From an uncultured Bdellovibrionales bacterium (GTDB taxonomy: Bacteria > Patescibacteriota > Minisyncoccia > Moranbacterales > UBA1568), in the NCBI GenBank assembly GCA_964444815.1, contig CAYUIR010000001.1, positions 78,031 to 142,030 on the forward strand: a stretch of 64,000 nucleotides of DNA, read 5' to 3'. Below are positions 42,109 to 50,622 of this stretch, in pieces. The position numbers were made by a program, and so were the translations under genes. Position 1 is the stretch's first letter; every line of letters begins with the position of its first letter. Below the pieces are notes generated by a model that searched no databases, was not told the origin of the DNA, and saw only the letters and a list, made by a program, of their open reading frames with translations.

Positions 42109-43017
42109 ATGAAAACGATACAACACAAAAACCTTACGTGGATTGATTTCGAGGACCCGAGTCCCGATGATATCACCTACCTCCAGGAGAACTTCAATAT
42201 CCACCCCCTCGCTATCGAGGAACTGGTCACCCCAACCTATCAGCCCAAAGTCGTCCAGTACGATGGTTGTTTGTTTTTTTCGATTCATATCCCCCTCTTT
42301 GATACCAAACTCCGCACTACGTATCCTGGTGAGCTCGATATCATCCTGACCAAGGAGCACCTCATCACCAGTCATCGCCACACCATCTACCAACTCTCAA
42401 GCTTTTTCGATTTGCTCGAACAGAGTGAGGGCAAACGCCGCCTCTACCTCGAGCACAGTCCGGCCCGGCTCCTCCATCACATTCTCGAGATCCTCCTCAA
42501 TTCTTGTTTCCCCAAACTCGATCACATTACGGAAAAGCTCGACTTTATCGAGATGCAGGTATTCTCGGGCAAAGAGAAAGAGATGGTGCTCGAGATCTCG
42601 GTACTCAAGCGCGATATCCTCAACTTCCGTCGAACACTCAAGCCCCAGCGGGCCATCATCGAGTCGCTCATCCAGCGTGACCATCCCCATATCCCGAGCG
42701 AACTCACCGTCTACTACCAGGACCTCATCGGGACCAATATCCGACTGTGGAACCTCCTTGAGAGCCAAAAGGAGACCATCGAAGCGCTCGAGGATACCAA
42801 CAACTCGCTCCTCTCAAACAAACTCGATCAAACCATGAAGGTGCTCACCATCTTTTCGGCTATCCTCCTCCCGCTCACTGCCTATTCCAACATGATGTCG
42901 ATGAATGCCGCTGTGCCCTTTATTCACAACGACTTTGGGTTTTGGATTCATCTCTTCATAATGGGGCTCATCTCGATTATCACCTTTGCCATCTTCAAGG
43001 TCCGCAACTGGCTGTAG
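42109..43017 (+). CDS. corA: CorA-family divalent cation transporter (SMN instead of GMN)
   Basis: Cytoplasmic domain plus 2 C-terminal TM helices. LLPLTAYSNMMSMNAAVPF occupies the position of the YGMNF motif. Start set at ATG 42109. Confidence 0.8.
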   Translation: MKTIQHKNLTWIDFEDPSPDDITYLQENFNIHPLAIEELVTPTYQPKVVQYDGCLFFSIHIPLFDTKLRTTYPGELDIILTKEHLITSHRHTIYQLSSFFDLLEQSEGKRRLYLEHSPARLLHHILEILLNSCFPKLDHITEKLDFIEMQVFSGKEKEMVLEISVLKRDILNFRRTLKPQRAIIESLIQRDHPHIPSELTVYYQDLIGTNIRLWNLLESQKETIEALEDTNNSLLSNKLDQTMKVLTIFSAILLPLTAYSNMMSMNAAVPFIHNDFGFWIHLFIMGLISIITFAIFKVRNWL

Positions 43018-43134
43018 CATGTAGAGCAGAATGTAGAACGTAGAAAGGAGAATGACGAGAAAAACCGACTACTCGGCTTGCTTTGGGCCTCGTTTTTCTT
43101 TATGCTGTATTCAAGAATCACTATTCTCTATTCC

Positions 43135-44547
43135 ATGCAACTCTACAATACCCTCACCAAGCAAAAGGAAGAATTCACCCCGCTCCATACTGGCAAAGTG
43201 GGCATGTATGTCTGTGGGCCGACCGTCTATGACTACATCCACATCGGCAACATCCGCGCCTATACCTTTGCGGATACCCTCCGCCGGGTGCTCGAGGATA
43301 TCGGCTACGAAGTGCGCCTGATCAAAAACATCACCGACGTCGGCCACCTCACGGCCGATGATATCGCCCAGGGCGACAGTGGTGAAGACAAGGTCGCCAA
43401 AAAAGCAGCCAAAGAACACAAGACTCCTGAGGAAATTGCTCGGTTCTACGAGGAGTATGCTCTCACGACCGAGAAGCAGATGAACATTGAGCCGGCTCAT
43501 TACTTTCCCCGGGCCACGGCACATATCAAGCAGATGATCGTGCTCATCGAAGAGCTCATCGTCAAGGGTCACGCTTACGAGAAGAATGGCAATGTTTTCC
43601 TCGATGTGACGACCTTTCCCGACTATGGTCGCCTCTCCGGCAACACCCTCGCCAATCTCGAAGTGGGCGCCCGGCTCGAAGAACATCCCGACAAGCGAAA
43701 TCCCTGGGACTTCGCGCTCTGGCTCCACGCCCCCGAAGGACACCTCATGCATTGGTCCTCCCCTTGGAGCGAGGGCTATCCTGGCTGGCACATCGAGTGT
43801 AGCGCCATGAGTATGGAGTATCTCGGGGACACGCTCGATATCCATACTGGTGGTGAAGACAATATCTTTCCGCATCACGAAGCAGAAATCGTCCAGTCAG
43901 AGGGGGTGACCGGCAAGCCATTTGTACGGTATTGGCTCCACACGCGCCACATGCTCGTCGACGGCACCAAAATGTCCAAATCCAAAGGGAACTTCTATGT
44001 CCTCGAGGACCTCATCACCCGGGGCTATACCCCGATGGATTTCCGCATGCTCCTTACGAGCGCTCACTATCGGAGCCAGATGAATTTCACTTGGGAGTCG
44101 CTCGAGCAGGCCAAGAAAAACAAGGAAACGCTCTTTGCTATCGTCAGTCGCCTGTCTGATATTCCTGCTACCGAAAACGATGCTACGGGATTCGATGGAG
44201 CTGAGTCGCTCAGTGCGATGCGGAGCGCCATGCAAGACGACCTGAATACTCCGGAAGCACTTGCCCTCACACTCGAACTCTCGAAGAAAATTAACACCCT
44301 CCTTGATAGTAACGAGCGGGTCAATGCTACCATACTCGGACTCGTCTTTGAAAAAATATTCTTCTTTTTTGGACTAGCTCTCGAGAATCAGGTGATTCCA
44401 GAGGCTATCCATGCCCTCGCCAAAGCCCGTGACACCGCCCGCGAGAATCGTGACTGGGCCGAGTCCGACCGTCTGCGCGATGAGATAGCGACCGCGGGCT
44501 ACAAAGTCGAAGACACCGCCCGAGGCTACCGTCTGAAAAAGTTATAA
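43135..44547 (+). CDS. cysS: cysteinyl-tRNA synthetase
   Basis: [16 protein letters not shown] (HIGH), [17 protein letters not shown]. Confidence 0.95.
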   Translation: MQLYNTLTKQKEEFTPLHTGKVGMYVCGPTVYDYIHIGNIRAYTFADTLRRVLEDIGYEVRLIKNITDVGHLTADDIAQGDSGEDKVAKKAAKEHKTPEEIARFYEEYALTTEKQMNIEPAHYFPRATAHIKQMIVLIEELIVKGHAYEKNGNVFLDVTTFPDYGRLSGNTLANLEVGARLEEHPDKRNPWDFALWLHAPEGHLMHWSSPWSEGYPGWHIECSAMSMEYLGDTLDIHTGGEDNIFPHHEAEIVQSEGVTGKPFVRYWLHTRHMLVDGTKMSKSKGNFYVLEDLITRGYTPMDFRMLLTSAHYRSQMNFTWESLEQAKKNKETLFAIVSRLSDIPATENDATGFDGAESLSAMRSAMQDDLNTPEALALTLELSKKINTLLDSNERVNATILGLVFEKIFFFFGLALENQVIPEAIHALAKARDTARENRDWAESDRLRDEIATAGYKVEDTARGYRLKKL

Positions 44548-44585
44548 CTACTTAGAAGCCTCGCTTCTCAGTAGAAAGAATAAAG

Positions 44586-44620
44586 AAAAACGGGAGGGTC
44601 CACGTAGGACACTCCCTTTT
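44586..44620. terminator. bidirectional terminator between cysS and the lipoprotein gene
   Basis: AAAAAC-GGGAGGGTCC-ACGTA-GGACACTCCC-TTTTG. Confidence 0.75.
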
Positions 44621-44637
44621 GCTTGGCTGAACTCAGC

Positions 44638-45117
44638 CTACTTCTTGGTCGAAGGCTTCGACGGCAGAACCTGCTCGCGCTTGCCCTTGAACCTCAGTTC
44701 TTCGGAAAAACGTTCGACGTGATGGACACACCGTCCCCGGTAGTAGGTGAGGACCAAGGGACCGTGAGTTGCGTACTGCTTGAGCTTGGTGAGCTCAGCC
44801 GGAATAAGGCGACACATCGCGTAGTCGCTGACCTTCCCCCGGGCCACCACGACTCTGGCCACTGCATCAGTCGCGTTCCCGATCTCTTCGTAGAGCAGAA
44901 GCTCGCGCTCCGCTTGTTGAAGAAGCAAAGCGAGATCGCTCGCCGTCTGTTTGGCATCGGTCTCCGCTCGTGTCGGTACGGGTGCTTGCCGTCGCTCGTC
45001 CGGTGGCGTAACGAGCTCAACGCGGTCCATCGGCTTGCTTTCAGGCAAGCTGCCACAAGCAGTAACGAAGCTGGTCAAAGCGACCAGGGCTAAAGAAAGG
45101 AACTGTTTGATATGCAC
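44638..45117 (-). CDS. putative lipoprotein
   Basis: GTG start. Lipobox-like LTSFVTAC. TTGACA-18-TTAATA promoter upstream. Confidence 0.55.
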   Translation of the reverse strand: MHIKQFLSLALVALTSFVTACGSLPESKPMDRVELVTPPDERRQAPVPTRAETDAKQTASDLALLLQQAERELLLYEEIGNATDAVARVVVARGKVSDYAMCRLIPAELTKLKQYATHGPLVLTYYRGRCVHHVERFSEELRFKGKREQVLPSKPSTKK

Positions 45118-45264
45118 TGTGCGTGCTCCGGTTGTACACCTCCCACGAGGTGTTCAAAGTATTAACGCATACTTTGTTCGGTATGTCAAGTCTAAATTAG
45201 CTCTAGAAAGTTTGCGAGCCGGACAATCACGATGTGATGCCGGCTCTGGTTCGGTGGATCCCTC

Positions 45265-45447
45265 TTACAACTGAGGGGGCTTGGGTGGTGACCCGAAGAT
45301 GTGACCTGGTGCCTCACCGAGTCCCAGCTGACGTTGGGCCATCTCTTGAGACTCCTGCTGTCGGGTTCTCTTTGCACCTGGGAGATGCCATGTGACAAGT
45401 GTCACCAGCGCCAACACGGGCGCCAAAAGGATTGAAGCGATCTTCAT
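45265..45447 (-). CDS. small secreted/membrane protein (60 aa)
   Basis: GGAGGGG Shine-Dalgarno before ATG 45447. N-terminal hydrophobic helix MKIASILLAPVLALVTLV. Confidence 0.5.
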   Translation of the reverse strand: MKIASILLAPVLALVTLVTWHLPGAKRTRQQESQEMAQRQLGLGEAPGHIFGSPPKPPQL

Positions 45448-45493
45448 TTCTTCCCCTCCAGGAAGTTTTCGTTGCGGGTCGGTTTCTCGCGCG

Positions 45494-45628
45494 CTATGCA
45501 CGCTCTTGGTAACGCTCAGCTACGAGCTGATCCGCTTGGGCGACGGCTCGGTCCAGCCGCTGCCAAGCCCGTTCCGGGAACAGGTGTTCTAGACACCTCC
45601 TCCAGTATGATCCAAAGAACTTGCTCAT
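45494..45628 (-). CDS. 44-aa ORF not in the supplied track (MSKFFGSYWRRCLEHLFPERAWQRLDRAVAQADQLVAERYQERA)
   Basis: AGGAGA Shine-Dalgarno 7 nt before ATG 45628. TAGACA-17-TATAAT promoter about 25 nt further upstream. Confidence 0.45.
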   Translation of the reverse strand: MSKFFGSYWRRCLEHLFPERAWQRLDRAVAQADQLVAERYQERA

Positions 45629-45696
45629 CGTATTTTCTCCTGGTTGGTTTGTTTATATTATACACCTTTTTGAGTATTTTGTCTAGTGGTAGTACC

Positions 45697-45746
45697 ACCC
45701 TATGAAATACGGCTTTGCCTGTCGCTTACGGCGAATTTCATAGGGT
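45697..45746. repeat. 12-bp inverted repeat in the dnaB upstream region
   Basis: ACCCTATGAAAT (45697-708) and ATTTCATAGGGT (45735-46), with a 26-nt loop. Confidence 0.7.
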
Positions 45747-45829
45747 AAATATCCACATGTGCACCAAAGCTGGCTCTCTTTTGGTCCACACGGTATAATG
45801 CTCTCGTAACAGACCTATCTTTCACCACT

Positions 45830-47182
45830 GTGGCTCCCAAAACTGATCACCTGCGCGTTCCCCCACACAACCTCGAAGCCGAAGCCTCGGTCTTGGGCTC
45901 ACTCATGCTCGACAAAGACGCGGTCATCAAGATCGCTGACCTCTTGAAGCTCGGTGATTTCTACAAGGACGATCACAACCTGATCTACGAAACGATGCTC
46001 GCTCTCTACGAAGAACGCGAGCCAATTGACGTCCTGTCACTCTCAAACAAACTGGAAGAAAAAGGCAAACTCGAAAAAGTCGGTGGCTCAAGCTATCTCG
46101 CGTCACTCGTGAACACCGTGCCATCGGCCGTGAACGTGGTCCACTATGCCAAGGTAGTCCAGAAAAAGGCCCTGCTCCGTCGGCTCATCACGGCAGCGAG
46201 TGACATCATCGAGCTCGGCTATGACGAATCCGAGGACGCCCAGAAGCTCCTCGATGAAGCCGAACAAAAAATCTTTGCGGTGTCACAGAAGTACATCAAG
46301 CAGGACTTTATCCCTATCAAGTCTATTCTCGAACTCGCCTTCAACCGGATTGATGAGCTCCACAAGAGTGACAATGCTTTCCGTGGCGTCGAGACCCACT
46401 ACCCTGACCTCGACAATCTCCTCGCCGGACTCCAGAAGTCCGATCTCATCATCCTCGCGGCGCGACCATCGGTCGGTAAGACAACCTTTGCTCTCGACCT
46501 CGCCCGTCAGGTGGGAGTCCACAGCAAGGTTCCGGTCGGAATATTCTCGCTCGAAATGGGTGCGGACCAGCTCGTCGACCGTATGATCGCGGCCCAGGCC
46601 GGGGTCGACCTGTGGCGACTCCGCACCGGCAAGCTCTCAAGTGAAGGCGCTGGCAACGACTTTGAGAAAATCTCTGATGCCATGGGTGTCCTCTCCGAGG
46701 CTCCTATATTCATCGACGACTCGGGCTCGCTCAACATCATGGAGATGCGGACTATGGCCCGTCGCCTCCAGGCTGAGCACGACCTCGGTCTCATCATCGT
46801 CGACTACCTCCAGCTCATGGAGGGACGGAGTTCCAAGGGCGACAACCGGGTCCAAGAAATTTCTGAAATCTCTCGTGGCCTCAAGCAACTGGCTCGTGAA
46901 CTCAATATCCCCGTCATCGCCCTCTCGCAGTTGTCGCGTGCCGTCGAATCCCGCCCAGACCAAATCCCGAAACTCTCCGACCTCCGTGAATCTGGATCTA
47001 TCGAACAAGACGCTGACGTGGTCATGTTTCTCTACCGTGAAGACCGGGTAAAGCCCGATACCCCGAACAAGGGCATCGCTGATGTCATCATCGCCAAGCA
47101 CCGTAACGGTCCCGTCGGCAAGATCTCGCTCTACTTCGATGAGAATTCAACGACGTTCCGTTCACTCGAAACCAGTCACTAG
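45830..47182 (+). CDS. dnaB: replicative DNA helicase DnaB
   Basis: PPHNLEAEASVLGS, Walker A ARPSVGKT, IIVDYLQLM, SQLSR. GTG start. Confidence 0.95.
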   Translation: MAPKTDHLRVPPHNLEAEASVLGSLMLDKDAVIKIADLLKLGDFYKDDHNLIYETMLALYEEREPIDVLSLSNKLEEKGKLEKVGGSSYLASLVNTVPSAVNVVHYAKVVQKKALLRRLITAASDIIELGYDESEDAQKLLDEAEQKIFAVSQKYIKQDFIPIKSILELAFNRIDELHKSDNAFRGVETHYPDLDNLLAGLQKSDLIILAARPSVGKTTFALDLARQVGVHSKVPVGIFSLEMGADQLVDRMIAAQAGVDLWRLRTGKLSSEGAGNDFEKISDAMGVLSEAPIFIDDSGSLNIMEMRTMARRLQAEHDLGLIIVDYLQLMEGRSSKGDNRVQEISEISRGLKQLARELNIPVIALSQLSRAVESRPDQIPKLSDLRESGSIEQDADVVMFLYREDRVKPDTPNKGIADVIIAKHRNGPVGKISLYFDENSTTFRSLETSH

Positions 47183-47183
47183 T

Positions 47184-47780
47184 ATGCAATATCCCAAAGC
47201 GTTTCAGTCGCTTATCGCGCATTTTTCTGCCCTCCCATCGGTCGGTCCCAAGATGGCTGAGCGTATCGTGCTCTACCTCTTCAAGCAAGATGCCGAGAAG
47301 CTCCAGAGCTTTGCTGAGAGTCTCGAAGAACTCCCTCGGCTCAAGAGCTGTACCCGCTGCTACCACATCGCCGAAAGCGAACTCTGTAGCATCTGTGCTG
47401 ACAGTCGGCGTGATACCACCGCACTCTGCGTCGTCGAGGAGCCCCTCGATGTCATCGCGCTCGAACGCCTCGGCATCTACTCTGGTCTCTACCATGTACT
47501 CGGCGGACTCCTCGAAACAGGCAAAAATGACAACAGTGGCAATCTCCGCATCAGCGAACTTCTCGACCGTGTCGCCCATGATGGGGTCGTCGAAGTAATT
47601 CTCGCCACCAACCCGACGACTGAGGGTGATCTGACGGCTCTCTATCTCAAGAAGAAACTCGAGGCCTCAGGGGTCAAAATTACGCGTATAGGACGAGGTC
47701 TCGCAACGGGAGGTGACATCGAGTACGCCGATGAGCTCACCCTTAGTGCCGCCTTGACAAATCGCAAGGAACTGGCATAA
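47184..47780 (+). CDS. recR: recombination protein RecR
   Basis: LPSVGPKMAERI (HhH), C4 zinc finger CTRCYHIAESELCSIC, Toprim segment. ATG 1 nt after the dnaB stop. Confidence 0.93.
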   Translation: MQYPKAFQSLIAHFSALPSVGPKMAERIVLYLFKQDAEKLQSFAESLEELPRLKSCTRCYHIAESELCSICADSRRDTTALCVVEEPLDVIALERLGIYSGLYHVLGGLLETGKNDNSGNLRISELLDRVAHDGVVEVILATNPTTEGDLTALYLKKKLEASGVKITRIGRGLATGGDIEYADELTLSAALTNRKELA

Positions 47781-47809
47781 TTATCGTATCTCAATCAGAG
47801 GAGACGCAC

Positions 47810-48073
47810 ATGCGAGAGTTTTCGCTGTTTAATCCCGATACCAGTACGCCACCAGCCAGCCGTAGCAACACGGTCGTGGTGGACCCATTGGTCACGCAGG
47901 CAGACCAGGAGGCACTCATGTCAGCGCAGTTTGCCGCACTGCATGGAGAGCCGTGGGTCGCTCGTGCGCAAGTCGATGATCCACGCTTCCCACCCCTCAC
48001 CCAGAGAATGGGATTGGTCGGGATGGGCGGTAGCAACGACACGTACCTGCGTCAGTTTGCATTCAACGCGTAG
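47810..48073 (+). CDS. hypothetical protein (87 aa)
   Basis: GGAGA Shine-Dalgarno. Terminator hairpin 48083-48104 + T-run. Confidence 0.45.
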   Translation: MREFSLFNPDTSTPPASRSNTVVVDPLVTQADQEALMSAQFAALHGEPWVARAQVDDPRFPPLTQRMGLVGMGGSNDTYLRQFAFNA

Positions 48074-48123
48074 GCCAACCAAGCGGATCCGAACACGGAC
48101 CCGCCTTTTTCTTTGCTGGAACG

Positions 48124-48145
48124 AAAAAACCACCCTTTCGGGTGG
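48124..48145 (-). terminator. rplU terminator
   Basis: CCACCC-TTTC-GGGTGG, with a T-run on the minus strand. Confidence 0.75.
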
Positions 48146-48154
48146 CTTTGAAAT

Positions 48155-48463
48155 TTAGGCGGAAATCTTGGTGATTTCGACTTCGGTATAGGCCTGGCGA
48201 TGGCCATAGCGGACCAAGTAGCGCTTCTTTGGCTTGTGCTTGATACCCTTCACTTTGTCGTGACGATCCTGGGCGACAACTTTGCCCTCTACCACAGCCT
48301 TTTCAAGGACAGGAGTCCCGACATGAGCCACAGTCTCATCCCCAACAAAGAGCACCTCAAACTTCACGAGGCCGTCAATTTCGGTGTCGAGTTTTTCAAT
48401 CTTGACCTTGTCTCCCTCTGAGACTTTGTATTGTTTGCCACCCGTTCTGATAATCGCGAGCAT
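48155..48463 (-). CDS. rplU: 50S ribosomal protein L21
   Basis: MLAIIRTGGKQYKVSEGDKVKIEKL...HRQAYTEV. Confidence 0.93.
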   Translation of the reverse strand: MLAIIRTGGKQYKVSEGDKVKIEKLDTEIDGLVKFEVLFVGDETVAHVGTPVLEKAVVEGKVVAQDRHDKVKGIKHKPKKRYLVRYGHRQAYTEVEITKISA

Positions 48464-48530
48464 ATGCCTTTCGTAAGCCAATAATATACTTGTCCACTGT
48501 ACCGGATTTGCCCGATTCTGTCAATGACGC

Positions 48531-50297
48531 CTAGGCGAGGACTGCTTTGATACGCCTGACCCCGGCAGAACTGGCTTCTTCTTTCACTATTTTGAAGGTG
48601 CCAAAGGTGGCGATATCAGCCGTAGTGACGACATGAGGGCCACCACAGAGTTCGCGCGAATAGACCGTCCCATCAGGAGCCACTACCTGGTACACGGTCA
48701 CTTTTTCTGGATACTTCTCCCAGAAACTCCCCTCTACCCCTTCACTTTTGGCGACGTCCTTGTCCATGACCGTCGTCCCCACAGTGGCACCAGCTTTGAT
48801 CGCTTCGTTGACGTAGCTTTCCACCCGATCGAGGACCTCACGAGACACCTTTTCCGGGTAGGTAAAGTCAAATCGCGTACGCTCTTCGGTGATGTTGGAT
48901 CCGGCCTGATGCACTCCGTCACCAAGCTCCTTGCGGAGAGCAGCGAGCATGAGATGGGTCGCAGTGTGGTAGGCGGTCACTTTGGCACTGTGATCCGCGA
49001 GACCGCCCTTGAACTTGCCGGCACTCGCAGTACGCGAGAGGTCCTGGTGCTTCTTGAATTCGGCCTGAAAAGCGACCTTGTCGATGGTTACTCCCTTCTC
49101 TCGTGCCAATTCTTCGGTCATTTCGAGGGGGAAACCGTAAGTAGAAAACAATTCAAAGGCATCCTCTCCGGTGAGTGTCCCAGCTTCTGTCCGTCGCGCT
49201 ACTTCCTTGAGCCCTTTTGAGATTGTGGCTCGAAACTTGGACTCCTCGCGCGTCAATTCACTCAAAATAGTTGCCTCGCCTCGTTTGACTGAGTCGTAGA
49301 CAGGAGCAAAGAGGGTGATATAGGACTGGGCGATTTGTGCTACCACGGGCTCTTCATAGCCCATCTTGTAAAACTCGCGGATGGCTCGACGAATGAGCCG
49401 ACGAAGGATATAGCCCTGGTCGACATTCTTCGGTACCACCCCGTCGGCTATCATATGGGTGGCCGCCCGCAAATGGTCTGCAATAATCCGACCCGAACGT
49501 TCAACATAGCGCTCGGGTCCCACGAGCGTCCGAATCTCTTGGAGTACCGGTGCAAAAGCATCGGTTTCGTAGACATTCTTCTGGCCGTTCAAAGTCACAA
49601 TAGTACGCTCAAGTCCCATGCCAGTATCCACACATGGGGCTGGCAGTGTATCGAGTGTGTCGGCATCAACCCGGTTGTACTGCATGAACACGTTGTTCCA
49701 GATCTCCATCCACTGCTTCGGATGAGTCCCCTTGTTCCCCTGTGGTTCCCCCTCGCCCACCCAGTAAAATATCTCTGTGTCGGGTCCACAAGGTCCAGTC
49801 GGTCCCGCTGCCCACCAGTTGTCTTCGGCCGGGAGATAGGCAATGCGTTCGACTGGTACCCCGAGAGACTGCCAAATACCGGCTGATTCTTCATCTCGCG
49901 GAGCGTTGTTATCTCCTTCAAAGACCGTGACCGACAGCATAGCCGGATCGAGCGCGAGCCACTCTCGGCTGGTCAAAAACTCCCAGGACCAGGTAATAGA
50001 TTCTTGCTTGAAATAGTCACCGAGTGACCAGTTGCCAAGCATCTCAAAAAATGTCAGGTGTGTATCGTCGCCAACATCATCGATATCGCCGGTCCGGACA
50101 CACTTCTGGACATCCACGAGGCGCTTGCCCATCGGATGAGGCTTGCCGAGGAGGTACGGCACGAGCGGTTGCATCCCAGCTGTATTGAACAGAACCGATG
50201 GATCGTTCTCTGGTACGAGTGGAGCCGAGGGTATGACCGCGTGTTCCTTGCCCTTAAAAAACTGGAGGTATTTCTCACGGAGTTCGTTCGTGTGCAT
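48531..50297 (-). CDS. alaS: alanyl-tRNA synthetase, compact form (588 aa, no C-Ala domain)
   Basis: FNTAGMQ, FFEMLGNWS, DTGMGLERT, and editing-domain HTATHLM and CGGPHV. Ends right after the editing core. Confidence 0.9.
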   Translation of the reverse strand: MHTNELREKYLQFFKGKEHAVIPSAPLVPENDPSVLFNTAGMQPLVPYLLGKPHPMGKRLVDVQKCVRTGDIDDVGDDTHLTFFEMLGNWSLGDYFKQESITWSWEFLTSREWLALDPAMLSVTVFEGDNNAPRDEESAGIWQSLGVPVERIAYLPAEDNWWAAGPTGPCGPDTEIFYWVGEGEPQGNKGTHPKQWMEIWNNVFMQYNRVDADTLDTLPAPCVDTGMGLERTIVTLNGQKNVYETDAFAPVLQEIRTLVGPERYVERSGRIIADHLRAATHMIADGVVPKNVDQGYILRRLIRRAIREFYKMGYEEPVVAQIAQSYITLFAPVYDSVKRGEATILSELTREESKFRATISKGLKEVARRTEAGTLTGEDAFELFSTYGFPLEMTEELAREKGVTIDKVAFQAEFKKHQDLSRTASAGKFKGGLADHSAKVTAYHTATHLMLAALRKELGDGVHQAGSNITEERTRFDFTYPEKVSREVLDRVESYVNEAIKAGATVGTTVMDKDVAKSEGVEGSFWEKYPEKVTVYQVVAPDGTVYSRELCGGPHVVTTADIATFGTFKIVKEEASSAGVRRIKAVLA

Positions 50298-50307
50298 AGT
50301 GGAGTCG

Positions 50308-50568
50308 TTACAGGGTGTTCATCTTGCGTTTATGGCGGGCGATTTCATCAGTGAGCGTAGCAATCTTTCGCTCAAGTTCATGGCTTTCGGCTACTTTGAC
50401 CTCGAGGTCGCCCTGCAAATGCCCGATATCGGTCTTCAACTTGCGGATAGCTATCGTAGCGTCTTCATGAAGGCGCGTGAAGCGACTCTTGTCTCCCTCA
50501 AATACAAAGAGTTCGGACTGGAGTCGGCGTCTCATGGCTTGTGCTTCGGCATCCTGAGGATCAATCAT
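50308..50568 (-). CDS. small coiled-coil protein
   Basis: 86 aa, heptad-like, no TM. Function unknown. Confidence 0.45.
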   Translation of the reverse strand: MIDPQDAEAQAMRRRLQSELFVFEGDKSRFTRLHEDATIAIRKLKTDIGHLQGDLEVKVAESHELERKIATLTDEIARHKRKMNTL

Positions 50569-50622
50569 AGCGTAAAAGTTGGTGCTTTATCGTAGCAAAA
50601 TATAGGAAGAAACTCAAGTACT

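Noticed and set aside
43018-43134. A T-box or other riboswitch leader upstream of cysS. GTAGA is repeated three times (the GTAGA copies and their spacers), and a small hairpin is present.
   Set aside because: The region is only 117 nt. No T-box sequence, specifier-loop architecture or terminator/antiterminator alternative is visible. The hairpin is more simply the corA terminator.
45629-45829. Chromosomal replication origin next to dnaB.
   Set aside because: There is only one good DnaA-box-like 9-mer and one weak one. No AT-rich unwinding repeats or dnaA gene are present. GC skew cannot be computed here.
26843-48073. Treating the unknown-function genes (20205-20675, 26843-29056, 30400-32491, 33291-33569, 40669-41794, 44638-45628, 47810-48073) as GC-rich horizontally acquired islets.
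   Set aside because: Spot counts give about 60-65% GC for them, but core genes range from 50 to 60%. The contrast is not robust without a proper windowed calculation. Only the AT-rich islands are clearly deviant by eye.
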